Source: an uncultured Candidatus Saccharibacteria bacterium (GTDB lineage: Bacteria > Patescibacteriota > Doudnabacteria > UBA920). From it: a DNA stretch of 64,000 bases. The stretch spans positions 79,833 to 143,832 of the forward strand of contig CAYSUI010000001.1 in assembly GCA_964434195.1 (NCBI GenBank), written 5' to 3'. How positions within the stretch are numbered: the first letter of the stretch is position 1; the number at the start of each line of letters is the position of its first letter. The position numbers and the translations under genes are program-made. The notes under the pieces are model-generated. The model ran no database searches. It had not been told where the DNA came from and saw nothing but the letters and a program-made list of their open reading frames with translations. Shown here piece by piece: positions 30,347 through 41,740 of the stretch.

Positions 30347-30877
30347 TTAATTTCCTTTCTTCTTACTTATAACGACTTGTGTGGGGCGGATTACTTTTCC
30401 GTTTAGGATATAGCCGGTTTGGAGCTCTTCTACCACTGTGCCATCTTCTTCTGTGTCGGACTCTACCTCTTTTACGGCTTCGTGATAGTGAGGGTCAAAC
30501 CTTTCCCCTTTTGCTTCTATTTTTTTAATTCCTAAATCTTCTAAACTGGCTTCTATCATTTTCGCTGTACCTTCTACACCTTTTAGCCATTGGGCATATT
30601 TGTTTCCTAAATCTTCCGAATCTGGATGAGGGGCATAACGCATCATCTGAGCTAGAGTATCTAGGCTTGGCATCATTTTTGCCACCGTAACCTCTCTTGC
30701 GAAAGCAATAAGCTCCTTGCTCTCTTCTTCTTTTCTACGCTTAAAGTTTTCCAAGTCAGCCGCTGCGCGCTTCCAACCATTTAGATTCATTTCCGCCTCT
30801 TCTTTGGCTTCGGCTAATTGTCTTCCAATATCTGACTCTTCTGTATTTGGTTGTGTATTGTTTTGTTGGTCTTCCAT
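30347..30877 (-). CDS. grpE: Nucleotide exchange factor GrpE
   Basis: [31 protein letters not shown]. Confidence 0.96.
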   Translation of the reverse strand: MEDQQNNTQPNTEESDIGRQLAEAKEEAEMNLNGWKRAAADLENFKRRKEEESKELIAFAREVTVAKMMPSLDTLAQMMRYAPHPDSEDLGNKYAQWLKGVEGTAKMIEASLEDLGIKKIEAKGERFDPHYHEAVKEVESDTEEDGTVVEELQTGYILNGKVIRPTQVVISKKKGN

Positions 30878-30927
30878 AGTTTAATTGACAAGATTGAACA
30901 AGATTTAAATGATTTAAATGAATGAAA

Positions 30928-31674
30928 CTATTTATTATTTCCCCCTCCGAGGAGTTTACTAATGTATTCCATAAGACTTAAGTTTTTTTCATATTTCATA
31001 CTTTTAGGACCTATAAGACCGAGTACACCTTTTTTACCTGAGGGAAGTTTTAGACCGGAGACTATCATACTGTAGTCACTACCCTTACTTAGAGAAACTT
31101 CTTTCACTTCACTACCTATAACAGCTTTGGGAACTTTTTCACCACTATACTCTTTTAACAACTCAGGAGCTCTTTCGTCTATTTGATCGAAGAATTCAGC
31201 AACAGCCCTTGCATCTTCTTGGGTAAGTTTAGGATCGTCTAATAAATTTGATATACCTACAGCCGAAGACTCTTCTGGAAAGAGGGCAAAACTTGCTCCA
31301 CCACTTATTTCTGCAGTTAACTTTGCCAAACGCCTGGTAATTTCCATGTTTACAGACTGTAGCTTGTGGATCTCCATTTTAAGCCTTTCCTGTTCCTTGG
31401 CAGAAAGCTTTACCCTCTCCATGAGTTCATTTACAAAAAAACGATAACCTTTGTCTGTAGGAACACGACCTGCTGAGGTGTGTGGCTGGTGAATGTAACC
31501 TGATTTTTCCAAGACCTGCATTTCATTTCTAATAGTGGGCCCCGAAACATCGAAATAGCCCTTATCTACCAAATCCTTACTAGCAACTGGTTCGCTATTC
31601 TCACTGTATTCTTTTACTATGGCTGCCAATATTTTTGCTTGTCTTATTGAAAGCTCTGAGCCTATTTTTGTCAT
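30928..31674 (-). CDS. hrcA: Heat-inducible repressor HrcA (short form)
   Basis: RQ..IL.AIV.EY..EPV.SK, TIRNEM..LE..GY..QPHTSAGRVPTDKGYR, GP..M.Y. Confidence 0.93.
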   Translation of the reverse strand: MTKIGSELSIRQAKILAAIVKEYSENSEPVASKDLVDKGYFDVSGPTIRNEMQVLEKSGYIHQPHTSAGRVPTDKGYRFFVNELMERVKLSAKEQERLKMEIHKLQSVNMEITRRLAKLTAEISGGASFALFPEESSAVGISNLLDDPKLTQEDARAVAEFFDQIDERAPELLKEYSGEKVPKAVIGSEVKEVSLSKGSDYSMIVSGLKLPSGKKGVLGLIGPKSMKYEKNLSLMEYISKLLGGGNNK

Positions 31675-31694
31675 GAAAGTAATATAAAAAAAAA

Positions 31695-31721
31695 TTATCA
31701 CTCTGTCAAGATGAGTGATAA
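31695..31721. promoter_or_regulatory. CIRCE operator variant overlapping the hrcA promoter
   Basis: TTATCACTC-N9-GAGTGATAA; minus-strand TTGACA lies in the spacer. Confidence 0.85.
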
Positions 31722-31746
31722 TGCACTAACTTACTGCTTTTGGACA

Positions 31747-32013
31747 CTAACTTTGCAGGCTGGAATCGTTATTTATCCCCCTTGTTTCAATTTTGCTTTT
31801 TTTGTAACTCTGTAGCAGGCAGTAGACTGCTAATACCAGAGTTAATCCTCCAAATGCGACAGAGACTACAGTCCATAAAATACTATGTCCTGTTGTTGCT
31901 GCCGTTATTATGAGCGAACCACCGAGGCACGAACTCATGGCTGCAATTAGAAATAACCCATACGCTGTGGATTCATTAATTTTGCACCTGAGTTCTTTTA
32001 CTAACTTATTCAT
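31747..32013 (-). CDS. Small membrane protein (orphan)
   Basis: GGAGGT SD; two TM segments. Confidence 0.6.
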   Translation of the reverse strand: MNKLVKELRCKINESTAYGLFLIAAMSSCLGGSLIITAATTGHSILWTVVSVAFGGLTLVLAVYCLLQSYKKSKIETRGINNDSSLQS

Positions 32014-32141
32014 TCAAACCTCCAAGTTGTTAGGGGTGTATATTAGCAAAAGTAAACTGAATTCTCAACTATCTGAGCATAATCAGGTTGACAAATTGCA
32101 ATGTAAAGTTTATTTTACATATAGGGTAATTAAATAACTAT

Positions 32142-32699
32142 ATGAATTTAAAGAATACTATTGGAATCTTAATCTGTGTTTTAATATTTGCACTTGGATT
32201 ACTTTTCCTACACCGAGGAGATTTTAACAAAGCAGAAATCAACCCAAAAAATTCATCACTTAATACATTAGACGAGAACAGGAAAATCATCCCTGAAATA
32301 AAAGAAGACCAAACTCAAGCTAAAGGAGCATCTGTAAACAATTCCATAACAAACCAGACTCCAAGCACAGAAAATGCGGATATATCACACGGTGATTATA
32401 AAGACTACACAGAAGATTCTGTGTCCAAGGAATCTCAAAATGGTAAAAAAGTAGTTTTATTCTTTTACGCATCCTGGTGTCCATATTGCAGAGATGCAGA
32501 TGGTGTTTTTAAAAATAGATTAAAGGATATTCCTAGCAATGTAACGATACTAAAAACCGACTTTGATACCGAGAAAGAACTAAAGAAAAAGTATGGGATC
32601 ACCTATCAGCATACTTTTGTCCAGGTAGATTCTAATGGCTTATTAATTACCAAGTGGAACGGTGGTGACTTAGAGAATTTAAATAAATATATAAAATAA
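32142..32699 (+). CDS. Membrane-anchored thioredoxin
   Basis: FFYASWCPYC; N-terminal TM. Confidence 0.9.
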   Translation: MNLKNTIGILICVLIFALGLLFLHRGDFNKAEINPKNSSLNTLDENRKIIPEIKEDQTQAKGASVNNSITNQTPSTENADISHGDYKDYTEDSVSKESQNGKKVVLFFYASWCPYCRDADGVFKNRLKDIPSNVTILKTDFDTEKELKKKYGITYQHTFVQVDSNGLLITKWNGGDLENLNKYIK

Positions 32700-34400
32700 A
32701 TGGTACAAATTTTATTAGCCTTACTCGCCGGCATACTTACTGTATCTGCCCCTTGCATCCTACTCCCCTTACCTATCCTATTTGGTGCTTCGGTAGGCCA
32801 AACGAGTAAAACTCGTCCAATTTTCATTACTCTGGGTTTTATAACCACTTTTTCAATACTTGCACTTGGTCTGCAGTATGCAGTTTCAAAGTTTGGAATT
32901 AATCCGAATTACATCCGTAATACAGCGGCTTTTGTCTTACTTGTAATGTCAGGGTTTATGATTTGGCCAAAACCATTTGAGATTTTAATGTCTCATATGA
33001 GCGGATTAATCACTAAGGCATCTGGTATTAGCAAGAGTGCAGGTAGTGGAAATGCGGGCGGTTTTATTACTGGTGTTGTTATTGGGGCTGTTTGGGCACC
33101 ATGCGCAGGACCTATCCTTGCTTCTATCATCACGCTGATTATTTTTCAACAAGAAACTTTTCGAGCAGGAGTACTGCTAATTGCGTATGCTATAGGAGCA
33201 GGCATTCCTATGCTACTAATTGCTTATGGGGGACAGACTTTAACCACTAGGATAAAATCGATAGCTAAATACTCCAACAAAATCCAACAAGCTTTCGGGG
33301 TAATACTTATTTTTGTAGCAACTAGTATATTTTTTCAATACGATACTTATATCCAAGCCTGGTTATTGGAAAGAGTACCTTTCTTAGGGGCAGGGTTAGA
33401 AAAAAGTATCTTAGGTGAGAAAAACTTAAGTGAAGTAAAAAACAAGGACAATTCGAATACCACACTGGAAGAAGAGTATAAGGAAAGACAATCACAAACA
33501 GTCATGAAGACCGAATTAGATGTGTATGGGAAAGCACCAGAGATTAGAGGCATCACTAACTGGATAAATTCAAACCCGCTTACTTTAGCCGAACTAAAAG
33601 GAAAAGTTGTACTGGTAGACTTTTGGACCTACTCGTGCATTAACTGTATTCGCACATTACCGTATGTGACAAATTGGTACAATAAATATAAAGATCAAGG
33701 CTTTGTTGTTATCGGAATTCACGCGCCGGAATTTGAGTTTGAGAAAATAAATAGCAACGTAGAGAAGGCTGTGAAGCGATACAATATTCACTATCCTGTA
33801 GCACAAGATAATGGTTTTGCCACATGGAGAGCATATAGTAACCAATTCTGGCCTGCTCACTATTTAATAGACAAGAACGGTGATGTTGTTTATACCCATT
33901 TTGGTGAAGGAAAATATGAGATAACAGAAAATAATATTAGATATTTACTGGGTTTAGAAGTCGGAACAGAGACCACGGACGTATCTAAACTTAACCAGAT
34001 AAAATCTCCAGAGATGTATTTTGGTTTAAACAGACTTGAGAATTTGTCATCGGGACAACGAGCAAGTGCGGATGCGTATGACTATATAATACCGAATAGG
34101 CTTGATGTAAATAATTTTGCTCTTTCAGGAAAGTGGAAGTTTGACCAAGATAAAGCTATTTTCCTCGGAAGTCAGGGTAAAATTAAACTACATTTTAATT
34201 CCGCCAAAGTGCACATGGTAGCAGAAAGTTCGAAAGCACAAACTATTTTAGTTAAAGTAGATGACAAGCCTCCAGTGCTAATTAACATTGCTGGTTCTGA
34301 CCTATATACACTCTTCGACTCAGAAGAGTATAGAGAACACGTAATGGAAATAACCATTCCCGAAGCCGGCTTTGAAGCATTCACATTTACGTTTGGATAG
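32700..34400 (+). CDS. dipZ: DipZ-like CcdA/DsbD-TM plus thioredoxin fusion
   Basis: APCILLP and WAPCAGP TM cysteines; DFWTYSCINC; HAPEFEFE; SPEMYFG. Confidence 0.9.
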   Translation: MVQILLALLAGILTVSAPCILLPLPILFGASVGQTSKTRPIFITLGFITTFSILALGLQYAVSKFGINPNYIRNTAAFVLLVMSGFMIWPKPFEILMSHMSGLITKASGISKSAGSGNAGGFITGVVIGAVWAPCAGPILASIITLIIFQQETFRAGVLLIAYAIGAGIPMLLIAYGGQTLTTRIKSIAKYSNKIQQAFGVILIFVATSIFFQYDTYIQAWLLERVPFLGAGLEKSILGEKNLSEVKNKDNSNTTLEEEYKERQSQTVMKTELDVYGKAPEIRGITNWINSNPLTLAELKGKVVLVDFWTYSCINCIRTLPYVTNWYNKYKDQGFVVIGIHAPEFEFEKINSNVEKAVKRYNIHYPVAQDNGFATWRAYSNQFWPAHYLIDKNGDVVYTHFGEGKYEITENNIRYLLGLEVGTETTDVSKLNQIKSPEMYFGLNRLENLSSGQRASADAYDYIIPNRLDVNNFALSGKWKFDQDKAIFLGSQGKIKLHFNSAKVHMVAESSKAQTILVKVDDKPPVLINIAGSDLYTLFDSEEYREHVMEITIPEAGFEAFTFTFG

Positions 34401-34522
34401 CGCTTCGCTTATGAGGGAAGAAACCCCTCACATCCGTTCGTAGGGTTTCCTCCCTCATGACTCCTACTTTCCTAAGCTTCCTTTCGAACACGGTAAAGCC
34501 TGATTCGAAAGGAGCTATAAAT
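34401..34522. repeat. Composite two-hairpin element, copy 1
   Basis: ATGAG..CTCAT-GACTC..CTTTCC..hairpin with AAA loop..CTATAAAT; same layout as 59575-59677. Confidence 0.6.
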
Positions 34523-34539
34523 TACTTAATACATTCAAG

Positions 34540-34737
34540 ATGAGCATACACAACAAGGTAAAAGAATATAGGGTTGGGGCGGGGGTTACTCAGGAGGAGC
34601 TGGCTGAAACCGTTTCTGTTTCTAGGCAGACCATTATTGCCATTGAGAAGGGTAACTATACCCCCTCACTTCTTCTGGCAATGCAATTGGCTAAATTTTT
34701 TAAGGTTTCTGTTGAAGAACTATTTATTTTGAAATGA
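34540..34737 (+). CDS. XRE-family HTH regulator
   Basis: TQEELA..VSRQTIIAIEKGNYTPSL.LA. Confidence 0.92.
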   Translation: MSIHNKVKEYRVGAGVTQEELAETVSVSRQTIIAIEKGNYTPSLLLAMQLAKFFKVSVEELFILK

Positions 34738-34788
34738 TATACTGAGACTAATCTTTCTTCTAAATTCTTCATTCTTTATTCTAAGCAT

Positions 34789-35148
34789 ATGAAAATACTT
34801 CTCTATTATATTGCCTTACTTATCCTAATTGCTCTTGTAACTGGCTTCCTGCTCTCCACAGGGGGCAGTTCTATGAGCATGAATCAAATGATTACTATTT
34901 CTAGTTTTCTTATTCTTTATACTGTTGGAATTTCTTTTGTAGGTGAAATGAAAGCGGAAGACGAAAGAGATTTAAGTCACAAATTTACTGCTAGTCGCGC
35001 TGGAAATATTGCTGGTACGATTATTATCTCTATTGCCATTCTTGTACAACTATTTACAAAAAATTTAGATTACTGGTTACTTGCAGGTTTAATAGGAATT
35101 AATGTAACCAAAATTGTAAGCCTTATCTATTTGAATTACAGGAAATAA
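34789..35148 (+). CDS. Membrane protein (DUF2178-like, XRE-associated)
   Basis: Four TM segments; EDERD motif. Confidence 0.7.
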   Translation: MKILLYYIALLILIALVTGFLLSTGGSSMSMNQMITISSFLILYTVGISFVGEMKAEDERDLSHKFTASRAGNIAGTIIISIAILVQLFTKNLDYWLLAGLIGINVTKIVSLIYLNYRK

Positions 35149-35185
35149 ACTAAAAAACCTTGGTTAGAAAATAAAAAACCGGAAT

Positions 35186-35851
35186 TTACTCCGGATTATC
35201 TACCAAAATTAACGCCCACCAGTTTTGGTTTCTCATAAAGATCTCCGCAGAAGCAGACAGGCAATCTACAATATCTTTTTCTAAGTCGACTGAAAACCGG
35301 CTTTTTTTATTAACCGCAGTGTGGGTAACCAATATATTCGCAGCGGCCATGGAAACGGACAAGGAATCTATGGCACTGGGAATTTTTCCGCAACAAACAG
35401 GGACAGAGAGTTTTATTTTTTCTGATAGACATGGAGCGAAGGTTTTATCTAACTCACAGACATCATCGAGATGATGCCAGAAAATCCATTGCTCTCTCCT
35501 TATGACCCCAGACTCTTGAACGTAATGCCTTAGAGCGTGCAATAGATCTAACCATACCCAAAGAAGAAATTCAAAACTTGGACCTGTTTTTATATATGTA
35601 GCACTTATAAGCTTCTCATTGAGAGCAATGGCAAAAGGAACTCTCGTAATGTTATCACCGTCTATAACACTTACATTTCTTACAAGGCGACATGTGGTTT
35701 TATAATTTTCATCTGGGTCGACAACAACCCATATATCTGGTTTATTTAGCGATGTAATAAGCCTACCTAACCAATACGCGTTAACCGATAGAAAATGAAT
35801 AGGACAGAAGTGTCCGTTTTCACTTTCAAATCTCCCCCATAGTTCTTGCAT
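35186..35851 (-). CDS. Hypothetical protein
   Basis: AGGAGG SD before ATG 35851. Confidence 0.6.
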   Translation of the reverse strand: MQELWGRFESENGHFCPIHFLSVNAYWLGRLITSLNKPDIWVVVDPDENYKTTCRLVRNVSVIDGDNITRVPFAIALNEKLISATYIKTGPSFEFLLWVWLDLLHALRHYVQESGVIRREQWIFWHHLDDVCELDKTFAPCLSEKIKLSVPVCCGKIPSAIDSLSVSMAAANILVTHTAVNKKSRFSVDLEKDIVDCLSASAEIFMRNQNWWALILVDNPE

Positions 35852-35936
35852 AGTATTTCCTCCTGTGTTTTCTATATGCAACATAGATGAAAGTCAGTAT
35901 AAATTTAAAAGCACGCTTTTTCAAGCGCGCTTTTTA

Positions 35937-38777
35937 TTACTTTAAAATCTTTTTTAAATACTGACCTGTGTAACTACCTTTTACTTTCGCAACATCTTCT
36001 GGGGTACCTGCGGCTACTAGCAACCCGCCTTTATCCCCACCTTCCGGACCCATGTCGACTATCCAGTCACAAGTTTTTATGAGGTCTAAGTTATGTTCAA
36101 TAACAACTACAGTATTACCTTTCTCTACTAATTTATTCAGAACTGAATTAAGTCTCTTAACATCCGCAAAATGTAGACCCGTAGTTGGCTCGTCTAAGAT
36201 GTAGAGAGTTTTACCTGTAGAAGCCCTAGCAAGCTCTGAGGCGAGTTTTATTCTTTGCGCCTCTCCTCCACTAAGAGTAGTTGCATTTTGACCTAGGTGC
36301 ATATAACCAAGACCAACTTCTGATAGTGTATCTAGCTTTTTATGAATAGAAGGAATACTGGAAAAGAAAACCCTTGCTTCATCTACTGTCATATTTAAAA
36401 CATCTGAAATTGTTTTCTCTTTATAATGTATCTCTAATGCTTCCCTGTTGTAGCGCTTACCATGACATTCCTCACAAGTAATATATACGTCGGGTAAGAA
36501 ATTCATTTCAACTTTTATAACACCATCACCAGCACATTTTTCACAGCGACCACCTTTTACATTGAAGCTAAAGCGGCCACTCTTATAACCTTTCATCTTA
36601 GCTTCTTTGGTTTCTGCGAATAGATCTCTAATAAATGTAAACACCCCTGTATAGGTTGCTGGGTTACTTCTTGGAGTTCTACCTATCGGACTTTGGTCGA
36701 TATTGATAACTTTGTCTATGTGTTCAATACCGAGAATTTTTTTATGTTTACCTGGCTCGTCCTTACTATTCCAGAAATATTTTGAGAGGGCGCGTGCAAG
36801 TATGTCGTTCAACAAAGTAGACTTTCCACTTCCAGATACACCAGTAATACAAACAAACTTACCTAGAGGAATATCTACGTTTACATTTTTTAAGTTAAAT
36901 TCTTCTGCGCCAAATATTTGAATTTTCTTACCGTTTCCTGCTCTTCTTTTTTTAGGGACCTCTATGGATTCCTTACCCGAGAGAAACATTCCAGTAATAG
37001 ACTTTGGATTAGCTGCGATTTGTTTAGGAGTACCTATGGCAACCAATTCTCCACCGTGCTTACCTGCCCCGGGTCCAATATCTACCACCCAGTCGGATTC
37101 TAATATAGTCTCTTCGTCGTGCTCTACTACAATAACAGTATTACCCAAGTCTCTTAGTTCCTTAAGAGTTTTGAGTAATCGTCCGTTATCGCGTTGGTGC
37201 AACCCAATACTTGGTTCATCTAATATATAGAGAACTCCAGTAAGACCCGACCCAATCTGAGTTGCCAACCTTATACGCTGTGCTTCCCCACCGCTTAAGG
37301 TGTCGGCTGCACGATCGAGAGATAAATAAGACAAACCTACATTTAGTAGGAAAGAAAGTCTTGCCGTTATTTCTTTGAGGATCATTTTGGCAATAGTGTT
37401 CTCTTTCTGGTTGAGCTTTTTGGGTAATGTACTAAAGAAACTTTCTGCTGCCTCGATGGTCATTTTAGAAACCTCAACAATGCTTTTTTCACAAACACTA
37501 ACAGCCAAAACTTCAGGCTTGAGTCTTGCACCCTTACATGTTGGGCAGGTTCTAATACGCATGAAATTTTCTATTTCACCGCGCATATAATCGGACTCAG
37601 TTTCCTTGTATTTCCTTTCAAGATTTGGTATCACACCTTCAAATACTGCACTGTAACCATACTCTTCTGAAAAACCGCCATCTACTCGAATTTTCTTCTC
37701 GCCAGTACCATTCAATATAATATCGATATGTTTCTGCGCTAATTCTTTTACAGGTGTATTAACAGAAAAGCCGTATTCTGCAGCAACCGCTTCTAAAACT
37801 TTACTGTACCAAGACATCCTAGAAGTGGTTTTACTCCAAGGCCTAATTGCACCTTCAGCTAATGTAAGTCGCTTATTAGGTATAACTAAATCTGGTTCAA
37901 CTGTTAGTTTATGACCAAGACCTTTACATTCAGGACATGCTCCATGAGGACTGTTAAATGAAAAGTCTCTTGGATCTAGCTCACCTAACTGTATATGCCC
38001 GTCTGGACATGCAAATTTTTGTGAAAGTATTATTTCTTTTTCTTTTTCTTTCTCAGTAACTAATGCAGTAGCCAATCCCTCTCCTAGATGCAAGGACTTT
38101 TCTAAACTTTCAGAAATACGACCCCTGTTTTCTGGATCGATCGTTATACGGTCTACTACTACTTCTATGGAATGTTTTTTCTGTTTGTCTAGTTGGATGG
38201 CCAGAGCCTCGTTCATATCCATTATGGTGCCGTCCACACGCACACGACTAAAACCTGCGCGTCTAACTTGCTCAAAGACATGCTTATGCTCACCCTTCTG
38301 ATCTCTAATAAGTGGACCCAAAAGGACAACCTTAGTACCAACAGGCAGAGTAACCAAATGGTCCGTCATGGCCTGAATTGTTTGCCCAGATATTTTTTTA
38401 CCACATACAGGACAATGTGGAATTCCGATACGAGCGTATAAAAGACGAAGATAATCGTAAATTTCAGTAACAGTACCCACAGTAGAGCGTGGGTTATGAC
38501 TCGCAGATTTCTGGTCTATAGAAATAGCCGGAGAAAGCCCCTCTATTTTATCTACGTCTGGTTTATCCATTAGACCTATAAATTGCCTAGCGTAAGCGCT
38601 TAGGGATTCTACATAACGTCTCTGACCCTCGGCGTAAACAGTATCAAAAGCTAACGACGATTTACCCGAACCTGAAAGCCCAGTCATAACGATTAGCTTG
38701 TTTCTTGGCAAATCTACGTCGATATTTTTTAAGTTGTGTTGACGAGCACCTCTTATAATGATTTTGTCTGCGGACAT
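35937..38777 (-). CDS. uvrA: Excinuclease ABC subunit A
   Basis: [23 protein letters not shown], two LSGGEAQR signatures, Zn fingers. Confidence 0.99.
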   Translation of the reverse strand: MSADKIIIRGARQHNLKNIDVDLPRNKLIVMTGLSGSGKSSLAFDTVYAEGQRRYVESLSAYARQFIGLMDKPDVDKIEGLSPAISIDQKSASHNPRSTVGTVTEIYDYLRLLYARIGIPHCPVCGKKISGQTIQAMTDHLVTLPVGTKVVLLGPLIRDQKGEHKHVFEQVRRAGFSRVRVDGTIMDMNEALAIQLDKQKKHSIEVVVDRITIDPENRGRISESLEKSLHLGEGLATALVTEKEKEKEIILSQKFACPDGHIQLGELDPRDFSFNSPHGACPECKGLGHKLTVEPDLVIPNKRLTLAEGAIRPWSKTTSRMSWYSKVLEAVAAEYGFSVNTPVKELAQKHIDIILNGTGEKKIRVDGGFSEEYGYSAVFEGVIPNLERKYKETESDYMRGEIENFMRIRTCPTCKGARLKPEVLAVSVCEKSIVEVSKMTIEAAESFFSTLPKKLNQKENTIAKMILKEITARLSFLLNVGLSYLSLDRAADTLSGGEAQRIRLATQIGSGLTGVLYILDEPSIGLHQRDNGRLLKTLKELRDLGNTVIVVEHDEETILESDWVVDIGPGAGKHGGELVAIGTPKQIAANPKSITGMFLSGKESIEVPKKRRAGNGKKIQIFGAEEFNLKNVNVDIPLGKFVCITGVSGSGKSTLLNDILARALSKYFWNSKDEPGKHKKILGIEHIDKVINIDQSPIGRTPRSNPATYTGVFTFIRDLFAETKEAKMKGYKSGRFSFNVKGGRCEKCAGDGVIKVEMNFLPDVYITCEECHGKRYNREALEIHYKEKTISDVLNMTVDEARVFFSSIPSIHKKLDTLSEVGLGYMHLGQNATTLSGGEAQRIKLASELARASTGKTLYILDEPTTGLHFADVKRLNSVLNKLVEKGNTVVVIEHNLDLIKTCDWIVDMGPEGGDKGGLLVAAGTPEDVAKVKGSYTGQYLKKILK

Positions 38778-38899
38778 AATATAGATAGTATTTATTAAGA
38801 CACAAACTGGGATTAAGCCTAGCATGAATGTCAAGAGAATTCAATAGACTAGGGATAAACGAATATAAAAAAAGACTTGGCTTCCCAAGCTTTACTATA

Positions 38900-39205
38900 C
38901 TAATCTCCGGCCGTGGCCAACTGTCTTTGGTCCGGCTCATTTTGAGCCATGGATTTTTTGGTCTTCTTCCTCTGGAGATACCTGTTTATTAGGGGCACAA
39001 TAATAAAGGGGCTTAATATCGAATAGTAGAACAGATACCAAAGAGGTGTTCCCCAAGTGAAATATCCCATTGCCATGAAGGATAACTTTTCTATACTTGC
39101 GTTAGGATGAAAACACAAGGAGACTAAAAACCAAAAAATATAGCCCACTACCAACCAGAATGGTAAATACCTCCAGGACGTGAATAATTTAAATACCCAA
39201 TGCAT
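38900..39205 (-). CDS. Small membrane protein (orphan)
   Basis: Purine-rich SD; two TM segments. Confidence 0.55.
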   Translation of the reverse strand: MHWVFKLFTSWRYLPFWLVVGYIFWFLVSLCFHPNASIEKLSFMAMGYFTWGTPLWYLFYYSILSPFIIVPLINRYLQRKKTKKSMAQNEPDQRQLATAGD

Positions 39206-39520
39206 CCTTTCCCCCTTTTAGATTTGAATTTTTGCTTTTTTAAGTTTGAGCTTCAGAAACAAACATATAATTATACAGTAAATATCCAATCTTTGCAAGG
39301 TAACATGAAAATGAATTCTTTTCAACGTAAAAAACAAAACTACACTCTTAGAGACGCGAGTGGAAAAATATTATTTGTCGGAAACCTAAGACAGATAAGA
39401 CGTAGATTCTCAAGCATATACCCCGATATACCTTTACGGGTTTTGGGAGTATTTACAAACAATAAAATTATTATAGAGGAAGTTGTTGAGAAGAAAAAAT
39501 CTAGAACCTATACTGAAAGC

Positions 39521-41323
39521 ATGGAGCAACTGAAAAATAAAATTAAAGACTTACCAACTAACCCTGGGGTTTATCTTTTTAAAGATTCTGAGGGGAATGT
39601 TTTGTATGTGGGCAAAGCAAAGAACTTAAAAAACAGAGTGGGTCAATATTTTGGACACGACGATAGGGCGCAAATTCCCTTTCTAGTTTCCGAAGCTGTG
39701 GACGTTGAAGTAACAGTTACAGAGAGTGAACTAGAAAGTCTTTTTTTAGAAAATACACTTATTAAACAGTATTTACCCAAATACAACATAAAACTCCGAG
39801 ATGACAAAAATTATGCATTCATACAGATAGATTACAATTTCCAGATACCTCAGATAACCTATACCAGGAAAATAACCAAGGAGAAAAACTCCAAATTTTT
39901 TGGGCCTTTTTCTTCGACTCTTAAAATTAGAAGAACACTAGATTTCATACGTAAAATATTTCCTTATTGTGCAAACAAGGAAATCGGAAAGAGACCCTGT
40001 TTTTACTATTTCTTGCATAGATGTCCTGGTGTGTGTGTAGGAAAAGTAAGCCTCGAGGAATATCGGGGTAATTTAGATAAAATTCAATTATTCCTCTCTG
40101 GAAAGACTGAGAAAGTTTCAAGCGAATTGAAAGGAGAGATGAAAAAAGCCTCTGACGAGCAAAAATATGAATTAGCGGGTAAGCTACGAGATCAATACCA
40201 GGCACTTTTACTTCTTCAGGAAAGACAAATTGTTCAATTTCCCAAGAGGGTGGATTGGGATTTTATTTCCGTATTCAAAGAAGGGTCTAATTCCTGTATT
40301 AATCTGTTCAAAATTCGCGAAGGAAAGATGATCGATAAAGAAAACTTCATTTATTCTGATCTTTCGCAGGGGAAAATAGGTGCTATAAATGTATTCTTGA
40401 GTAATTACTATGCGGATACAACCGATTTACCTAGGGAAATATATTTAGAGGAGAAATTACAAGATCAGTCTGTACTTGAAATGATCAACAGCAGGGCTGG
40501 TAAAAAAATTCCGGTATCTGTGCCGACTCGTGGGAAAAAACTTAGTTTGATTAAACTGGGCGTAGTAAATGCTGAACAATTTTTACATAAATGGGAAGGC
40601 GGAAACGCGCAGAATATGGATAAACTCAAGGTTGCCTTGGGAACACTCCAGCAAATTTTGAAATTACCTACCCTTCCACGAAGGATTGAAGGTTACGATA
40701 TTAGCAACATACAAGGAACAAACCCGGTGGGAAGCATGGTAGTCTCAAAAGATGGCCTACCTGCAAAAAGCGAATATAGGAAATTTAAAATTAATATAAA
40801 AGATACCCCAGATGATTTTGCAATGATGGGCGAAATGCTAAGCAGACGCCTAGGGCATCTGCAGAATGAAGAATATAGAATAAAGAACAAAGAAAAAATA
40901 CCTTGGGAGGACCCGGATTTAATTGTAATAGATGGTGGTAAGGGACAACTCTCGGCGGTGTTAAAAGTATTTAAGGAACACAAGGTCAATATCCCTGTTA
41001 TAGGATTGGCGAAGAGAATCGAAGAGATTTTTTTACCAAATAATAGTGAACCGATTGTCTTATCTCATGATGAACCTGCTCTTCAAATTCTTCAGCGGTT
41101 GAGAGACGAAGCGCATAGATTTGCTATAACCTTTCATAGGAGCAGGAGAAGTAAGGAAGCGGTAAAGTCTGAATTGGACAAAATTTCTGGCGTAGGCCCT
41201 AAAACCAAAAAACTACTAAAAAATAAGTTTGGTACTATAAAAAATATCAGATCTGCGAGCCTAGAAGAAATAGCAAGTATAGTAGGAAAAGATAAAGCTT
41301 TGAAAATAAAAAAGAGCCTTTAG
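39521..41323 (+). CDS. uvrC: Excinuclease ABC subunit C
   Basis: PGVY..YVGKAKNLKNRV GIY-YIG, PKYNIKL.DDK, IEGYDISN, IDGGKGQ, RDEAHRFA, HhH; TTGAGA-17-TATACT promoter just before ATG 39521. Confidence 0.97.
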   Translation: MEQLKNKIKDLPTNPGVYLFKDSEGNVLYVGKAKNLKNRVGQYFGHDDRAQIPFLVSEAVDVEVTVTESELESLFLENTLIKQYLPKYNIKLRDDKNYAFIQIDYNFQIPQITYTRKITKEKNSKFFGPFSSTLKIRRTLDFIRKIFPYCANKEIGKRPCFYYFLHRCPGVCVGKVSLEEYRGNLDKIQLFLSGKTEKVSSELKGEMKKASDEQKYELAGKLRDQYQALLLLQERQIVQFPKRVDWDFISVFKEGSNSCINLFKIREGKMIDKENFIYSDLSQGKIGAINVFLSNYYADTTDLPREIYLEEKLQDQSVLEMINSRAGKKIPVSVPTRGKKLSLIKLGVVNAEQFLHKWEGGNAQNMDKLKVALGTLQQILKLPTLPRRIEGYDISNIQGTNPVGSMVVSKDGLPAKSEYRKFKINIKDTPDDFAMMGEMLSRRLGHLQNEEYRIKNKEKIPWEDPDLIVIDGGKGQLSAVLKVFKEHKVNIPVIGLAKRIEEIFLPNNSEPIVLSHDEPALQILQRLRDEAHRFAITFHRSRRSKEAVKSELDKISGVGPKTKKLLKNKFGTIKNIRSASLEEIASIVGKDKALKIKKSL

Positions 41324-41334
41324 TAAAGGCATCA

Positions 41335-41577
41335 TTACAGAATAATAACTCTTGCGAGATCCTGATCTTCTTGTCTTATGTATACTTCAACCCCTTCGGC
41401 TAAGAGGGGTTGAATTTTTTTAACCAATTCACACATTCTTACTATCCCATCTGCTTTTGAGCGAGCTTTTAATAGACTAACCACCTCATCCAAAAGATCC
41501 GACTCTTCCTTTGTGAGCTCGGCTTGAAATCTGGTTAGACTTTTTTTACCTCTAGAATTTTTCCGTTTTACCAACAT
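41335..41577 (-). CDS. Small putative ribbon-helix-helix-like protein
   Basis: AGGAGG SD; RFQAELT.EE..LLDE...S.AD.I pattern. Confidence 0.55.
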   Translation of the reverse strand: MLVKRKNSRGKKSLTRFQAELTKEESDLLDEVVSLLKARSKADGIVRMCELVKKIQPLLAEGVEVYIRQEDQDLARVIIL

Positions 41578-41740
41578 AAACCCTCCTATGACACTATATA
41601 GAGATTGAGTATAAATGTAGCAGGAAAACAGCTTTTGTACAGCCCTGAAAAACAGCTTGACTTAGATAGGATAAAATCACTATAATAAGTGAGTCATTTT
41701 TAGTTTTGAGGGAAATAAACTTTAATTCATTTATTACTTT

